Shown here: positions 51,941 to 64,000 of the stretch, one piece after another
How the letters are laid out: the number at the start of each line of letters is the position of its first letter
Position numbering within the stretch: position 1 is the stretch's first letter
Assembly (NCBI RefSeq): GCF_902652985.1
Contig: NC_047025.1
Coordinates: forward strand, 36,332,001-36,396,000
From: Pecten maximus
Lineage: Eukaryota
Length of the DNA: 64,000 nucleotides
Direction: 5' to 3'
The notes under the pieces: generated by a model
The model's database searches: none
What the model saw: the letters and a program-made list of their open reading frames with translations, nothing else
Told to the model about the DNA's origin: nothing
Translations under genes and position numbers: made by a program

Positions 51941-53599
51941 TTCTTGTAGATCTTTCTATTTAGTCCCCTTGTACTTGTCTTTGTCATTGGAAAGATATCA
52001 AATGTTTTCACTGTTTTTGTACATATCTAGTATATCTACATGGTGATTCCAAAGTTGAAAGATCTTCAGCTTTTAACCTTTTAGGGTAGGATAGGTTATG
52101 ACCATTACGGTAAGTGTTTCTTATAGACAAGGTACATTTTATTGCTCTGCTACAATGAGAAGAATATCATATGATGTTAGGAAAAATATATGTACATTGT
52201 ATGTTATCATGACCCGTTGTTGGTAGACAAATGTTGCAAGAAGGAGTGTGTTTTTCTGGTCCGAGTTTGTTGACATGCAATTTGATAGTTATTAGCTCAC
52301 CTGACCAAAGGGAGCATAGGCCTAAAAAAAACTTGTTTCTGCTATATACCAATCTTATATATTTGTACCTAGTCTCTGCCTACTCTAGTTTTTTAATGTA
52401 TATATATATAATCTAGCGGAATCAAAAAAACTTTTTTTGTGAAATGTTAGCAGAAAAAAAACACAATTATGTTTGAATCTTTTAGGCCTTATGATGTGAT
52501 GTAGTATCCTCTGTCTATCCGACAACAAATTTTCTGTTGAAACATTTTCTTCTAATTTACCGAGTCCCAGAGTCATGACATTTGGCTGAAAGGTTCCTTG
52601 GATGAGGCAGAACAAAGTTTGCAAAAGCAGAATGACTTCTTCTAACAAACAAAAGGCTTAGAATCAATAAATTGGTGAAGGTCATGGGGTCAAATTTGTC
52701 AAACTATTCAATTCTTCTGATTAACTAAAAGCCTTACAGGCCTAAACTCAAGACATATGGCTAGTACAGTAGGTTCTTGGGATATCAAACAAAAGATTGC
52801 AAAAAAAAAAAAAAGACATTGACCCATATTCAAGGACACTGTATTTATGGCATTTTTCATAATTCTTCTTCAATGTTTGGGGGCTTCTTCAATATTGACG
52901 ATTATGTCCTCTGGAGGTCTTGATGCTACATATGTATATACATTATTTATGTATGTATGCGTGTTGGGTTTATAACTATTTGGTGTGCAATTTTGTAAAA
53001 AATAATAACTCTGGTTTAAAAGCACCGTGTTTGTAGTGTTGGTAATTTTATTTTACATGGTTTGTAGAGCATGTTCGTACTGAGCTGGTGTTGTGTTATC
53101 TGTTGTTGATGTTGCATGCTGTTCTTCATTGTATTTTGTTTCAATTTGTTTAATTTGGTTTGTATTGTGTGGGTCCCAGATGGATGAGCAGTAGGTTATT
53201 TTATGTTATAATGTTTCCTTCATTTCCTATTATGTACTGTACATGTATTTTCACTATGCCCCATGTGGGCTCAACTTAGGAAATTAAACTCCCTGTCTTG
53301 TATTTTGAATTGTAAATAAATGTGATTCTTTAAGTAAAAATATTTCAATGTCATGCTGTGATGAAGTGTTAAATCTGCCATATATTGAAACGTGATTATT
53401 TTTTTGTGGTATACGGAATATTTTTATGGATTATCATGTATTACTATCTATAGAACGTCAGACTGCTGTGATGTAAATACATACATGTACAGTAACGTTA
53501 TATTTCCTAATCATCTGGCTGCTCGAATGGCAGTCATGCAGCTGACAGCTTGATGCTACGCAGTAAATATGCAAAAATGTAAATAAATACCATATTTCC

Positions 53600-54050
53600 T
53601 AATTGTTTAACATTCAATTTTACAGCAAAAAGGGTTGCTTTATGTTATGAGAAGTAGCCTAACTTACATTATAAGAAACAGCATACGTGAAGTCCAAAAC
53701 AGGAAGTCGTGTAACATAATCCAAGTTTAGGAATTCTATTTCCGGATAATCTGTAATTAAATGGAATAATATCATTATGCTGGAATATTTTGTAACGCGG
53801 CACCAAATGAAAAGGGAATTGTCTTAGATACGAATATATGTATGATATAAATAGACATACAATTCTTCACCACGAACTCTATTTAATTATCGTCAGTTAC
53901 CAATGCAAAGTATACTGAAAGTGAAACCGAAAATGAGTTACCTCCCTTCTCTCAGCTGTCATTTCCTTCTTCATTTAACCGGTAGTGAGCTCATACCCAT
54001 GGTGAAATCGCATCTCTCGTATGTGCTATACAGGTATTAGCTACATATTT
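53600..54050. promoter_or_regulatory. probable shared promoter region of head-to-head MPPE1 and MDP1
   Basis: Divergent gene orientation; ETS-like CAGGAAGT (about 53700) and TTCCGG (about 53740); TSS not locatable from sequence. Confidence 0.3.
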
Positions 54051-54056
54051 AAGAAG

Positions 54057-59355
<5,299 letters not shown>

Positions 59356-59811
59356 GTAAGTAAAACTCGTTAAATGAGAAAACTCAGAAATCCACAGCCC
59401 AGAGCATCTTTTATTCTAACAATATGTTTCCCTGGCGAACTGTCAATATGTATTGTGTCTGTCTAAACACAGGACAAATACAGAGCAAACTTACACAGAA
59501 AAGATCATACAAGGGTGGCACCATTTCCAACAGTTTCATCAACTCACATAATGGTTCATGATTACCAAGATGTCTGTCCTTCTTTGATGAAAAATGAGGT
59601 GACCAGTTAGAAATTTCCACATAGTTGATGATGACCAATACACCACGCCTTTATGCCAACTAGCAATAAAATACCTGTTTGACACTTTTAACAAAGAGTC
59701 CCAGTTCCCACAGATCGTCAACACTAGACAATAGGTGAACATTTTAGTCATATTCCATCCTGACATGCCTATACCTCATTGATTTGGAAACACCATTATA
59801 AATGTATGTTA

Positions 59812-60219
59812 CATACATGCCATACTTTCAGGAGACCAATAAGGGAGATTGATGATTATTTTAAGGAGTTTTGCCTAAAATAAGGGAGATTTGTGCGCGA
59901 CATGAATATCAACATTTTTACTCAATTTTAAAGCAATAAACTAATTTTGAAAGTGATAAAGAATATTTATATTTATTTTGGATATTAATCATATTGTATA
60001 TGCAAACAACAAAAAGTTGTATAAGGTAAAAAATGCAATAATATACATTCAGATTCTAAAGATTTGAAATTATTTTTTGATTTTTTTTATGTAACACAAA
60101 AAGTTTCACAGCTTTATGCATATTACATAACAGCATTTGAAAAGGGTATATTATAATTACATGTAGCTAAAGATTAAGACAAGAAAGTTAATCTCACGCC
60201 GGGAGGTATGGCATGTATG
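59812..60219. mobile_element. MITE with 14-bp perfect terminal inverted repeats
   Basis: CATACATGCCATAC at 59812 and GTATGGCATGTATG ending at 60219; AT-rich non-coding interior; TSD not clean. Confidence 0.65.
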
Positions 60220-60288
60220 TATGTAGAATTTATTTATTTTAAATTAATTGTGAAAGAAGTTATACCAGCTTATATTTATCATGGTTGC

Positions 60289-63200
60289 CTAGGTAAAGGG
60301 CAAGTGTGTAACCACTGTGCCACCTCACCACCCCACATCTAGGTGGAAGGCAAGTGTGTTACCACTGTGCCACCTGGCCACCCCACGCCTAGGTGAAAGG
60401 CAAGTATGTTACCACTGTGCCACCTCACCACCCCACACCTAGGTGAAAGGCAAGTATGTTACCACTGTGCCACCTCACCACCCCACACCTAGGTGAAAGG
60501 CAAGTGTGTTACCATTGTGCCACCTGGCCACCCCACGCCTTGGTGAAAGGCAAGTATGTTACCACTGTGCCACCTGACCACCCCACGCCTTGGTGAAAGG
60601 CAAGTGTGTTACCACTGTGCCACCCGACCACCCCACGTCTAGGTGAAAGGCAAGTGTGTTACCACTGTGCCACCCAACCACCCTACACCTTGGTGAAAGG
60701 CAAGTGTGTTACCACTGTGCCACCCGACCACCCCACGTCTAGGTGAAAGGCAAGTGTGTTACCACTGTGCCACCCGACCACCCCACGCCTTGGTGAAAGG
60801 CAAGTATGTTACCACTGTGCCACCCGACCACCCCACGCCTTGGTGAAAGGCAAGTATGTTACCACTGTGCCACCCGACCACCCCACGTCTAGGTGAAAGG
60901 CAAGTATGTTACCACTTTGCCACCCGACCACCCCAGGCCTAGGTGAAAGGCAAGTGTGTTACCACTGTGCCACCTGGCCACCCCACGCCTTGGTGAAAGG
61001 CAAGTGTGTAACCACAGTGCCACTTCACCGCCCCACGCCTAGGTGAAAGGCAAGTGTGTTACCACTGTGCCACCCGACCACCCCACGCCTAGGGGAAAGG
61101 CAAGTGTGTTACCACTGTGCCACCCGACCACCCCACGCCTAGGGGAAAAGCAAGTGTGTTACCACTGTGCCACCCGACCACCCCACGCCTAGGTGAAAGG
61201 CAAGTGTGTCACCACTGTGCCACCCGACCACCCCACGCCTAGGTGAAAGGCAAGTGTGTCACCACTGTGCCACCCGACCACCCCACACCTAGGTGAAAGG
61301 CAAGTGTGTAACTACAGTGCCACCTCACCACCCCACGCCTAGGTGAAAGGCAAGTGTGTTACCACTGTGCCATCCGACCACCCCACGCCTTGGTGAAAGG
61401 CAAGTGTATTACCACTGTGCCACCTGGCCACCCCACACCTAGGTGAAAGGCAAGTGTGTTACCACTGTGCCACCCGACCACCCCACGCCTAGGTGAAAGG
61501 CAAGTGTGTTACCACTGTGCCACCTGGCCACCCCACGCCTTGGTGAAAGGCAAGTGTGTTACCACTGTGCCACCTGGCCACCCCACACCTAGGTGAAAGG
61601 CAAGTGTGTTACCATTGTGCCATCTGGCCACCCCACACCTAGGTGAAAGGCAAGTGTATTACCACTGTGCCACCCGACCACCCCACACCTAGGTGAAAGG
61701 CAAGTGTATTACCACTGTGCCACCTGGCCACCCCACACCTAGGTGAAAGGCAAGTGTATTACCACTGTGCCACCCGACCACCCCACACCTAGGTGAAAGG
61801 CAAGTGTATTACCACTGTGCCACCTGGCCACCCCACGCCTTGGTGAAAGGCAAGTGTGTTACCACTGTGCCACCCGACCACCCCACGCCTAGGTGAAAGG
61901 CAAGTGTGTTACCATTGTGCCATCTGGCCACCCAACGCCTTGGTGAAAGGCAAGTGTATAACCACTGTGCCACCTGGCCACCCCACGCCTTTGTGAAAGG
62001 CAAGTGTGTTACCACTGTGCCACCTGGCCACCCAACGCCTTGGTGAAAGGCAAGTGTATTACCACTGTGCCACCTGGCCACCCCACGCCTTTGTGAAAGG
62101 CAAGTGTGTTACCACTGTGCCACCTGGCCACCCAACGCCTTGGTGAAAGGCAAGTGTGTTACCACTGTGCCACCTGGCCACCCCACGCCTTTGTGAAAGG
62201 CAAGTGTGTTACCACTGTGCCACCTGGCCACCCCACGCCTTGGTGAAAGGCAAGTGTGTTACCACTGTGCCACCTGGCCACCCCACACCTAGGTGAAAGG
62301 CAAGTATGTTACCACTGTGCCACCTGGCCACCCCACGCCTAGGTGAAAGGCAAGTGTGTTACCACTGTGCCACCTGGCCACCCCACGCCTTGGTGAAAGG
62401 CAAGTGTGTTACCACTGTGCCACCTGGCCACCCCACGCCTAGGTGAAAGGCAAGTGTGTTACCACTGTGCCACCTGGCCACCCCACGCCTTGGTGAAAGG
62501 CAAGTGTGTTACCACTGTGCCACCTGGCCACCCCACGCCTTTGTGAAAGGCAAGTGTGTTACCACTGTGCCACCTGGCCACCCCATGCCTAGGTGAAAGG
62601 CAAGTGTGTTACCACTGTGTCACCCAACCACCCCACACCTAGGTGAAAGGCAAGTGTGTTACCATTGTGCCACCTGGCCACCCCACGCCTTGGTGAAAGG
62701 CAAGTGTGTTACCACTGTGCCACCCAACCACCCCACACCTAGGTGAAAGGCAAGTGTGTTACCACTGTGCCATCCGACCACCCCACGCCTTGGTGAAAGG
62801 CAAGTGTGTTACCACTGTGCCACCCGACCACCCCACACCTAGGTGAAAGGCAAGTGTGTTACCACTGTGCCACCCGACCACCCCACGCCTAGGTGAAAGG
62901 CAAGTGTGTTACCACTGTGCCACCCGACCACCCCACGCCTAGGTGAAAGGCAAGTGTGTAACCACTGTGCCACTCGACCACCCCACGCCTTGGTGAAAGG
63001 CAAGTGTGTTACCACTGTGCCACCTGGCCACCCCACACCTAGGTGAAAGGCAAGTATGTTACCACTGTGCCATCCGACCACCCCATGCCTTGGTGAAAGG
63101 CAAGTGTGTTACCACTGTGCCACCTGGCCACCCCATGCCTTGGTGAAAGGCAAGTGTGTTACCACTGTGCCATCCGACCACCCCACACCTAGGTGAAAGG

Positions 63201-64000
63201 CAAGTGTGTTACCACTGTGCCACCCGTCCACCCCACCCCTAGGTGGAAGGCAAGTGTGTTACCAATGTGCCACCCGACCACCCCACACCTAGGTGAAAGG
63301 CAAGTGTGTTAACCACTGTGCCACCTCACCACCCCACGCCTAGGTGAAAGGCAAGTGTGTTACCACTGTGCCACCCGACCACCCCACCCCTAGGTGGAAG
63401 GCAAGTGTGTTACCACTGTGCCACCTGACCACCCCACACCTAGGTGAAAGGCAAGTGTGTTACCACTGTGCCACCTGGCCACCCCACACCTAGGTGAAAG
63501 GCAAGTGTGTTACCACTGTGCCACCTCACCACCCCACGCCTAGGTGAAAGGCAAGTGTGTTACCACTGTGCCACCCGACCACCCCACACCTAGGTGAAAG
63601 GCAAGTAGTGTTACCACTGTGCCACCTGGACCACCCCACACCTAGGTGAAAGGCAAGTGTGTTACCACTGTGCCACCTGGCCACCCCACGCCTAGGTGAA
63701 AGGCAAGTGTGTTACCACTGTGCCACCTGACCACCCCACGCCTAGGTGAAAGGCAAGTGTGTTACCACTGTGCCATCCGACCACCCCACACCTAGGTGAA
63801 AGGCAAGTGTGTTACCACTGTGTCACCCGACCACCCCACGCCTAGGTGAAAGGCAAGTATGTTACCATTGTGCCATCTGACCACCCCACACCTAGGTGAA
63901 AGGCAAGTGTGTTACCACTGTGCCACCAGACCCCACACCAAGGTGAAATGCAAGTGTGTTACCACTGTGCCATCCGACCACCCCACGCCTTGGTGAAAGG
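60289..64000 (-). repeat. 50-bp satellite (more than 70 copies) resembling the 5' half of a tRNA/SINE head, in MDP1 intron 5
   Basis: minus-strand unit GGGGTGGTCGGGTGGCACAGTGGTAACACACTTGCCTTTCACCTAGGCGT; runs off the right edge. Confidence 0.95.

Overview
Eukaryotic, AT-rich, repeat-dense animal DNA. The SINE and HINE repertoire suggests a bivalve mollusc (inference). Six spliced genes can be built by hand with phase-consistent GT-AG introns: SNRPB (-), a small membrane-anchored Sel1-repeat protein (+), DYNLRB with two alternative last exons (-), an uncharacterised 529-aa protein (+), MPPE1/PGAP5 (-) and MDP1 (+, 3' end beyond the window). Mobile DNA includes V-type and Meta-type SINEs with target-site duplications, Helentron-associated (HINE/DINE-1-like) elements carrying 155-bp internal arrays, a 5'-truncated RTE-X-like LINE, a mariner relic, a MITE, and a 399-bp miniature LTR element whose LTRs each contain a tRNA-Thr-like cloverleaf. 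The most striking pattern is in MPPE1: at least five unrelated tandem repeats are each seeded on a functional exon boundary (three donors, one acceptor, the stop codon), producing arrays of up to about 30 decoy AG|GT splice sites. Also notable are a 3.7-kb satellite built from the 5' half of a tRNA/SINE head and a SINE with a pseudoknot-like 5' extension. An assembly gap (N run) lies at 2463-2694.
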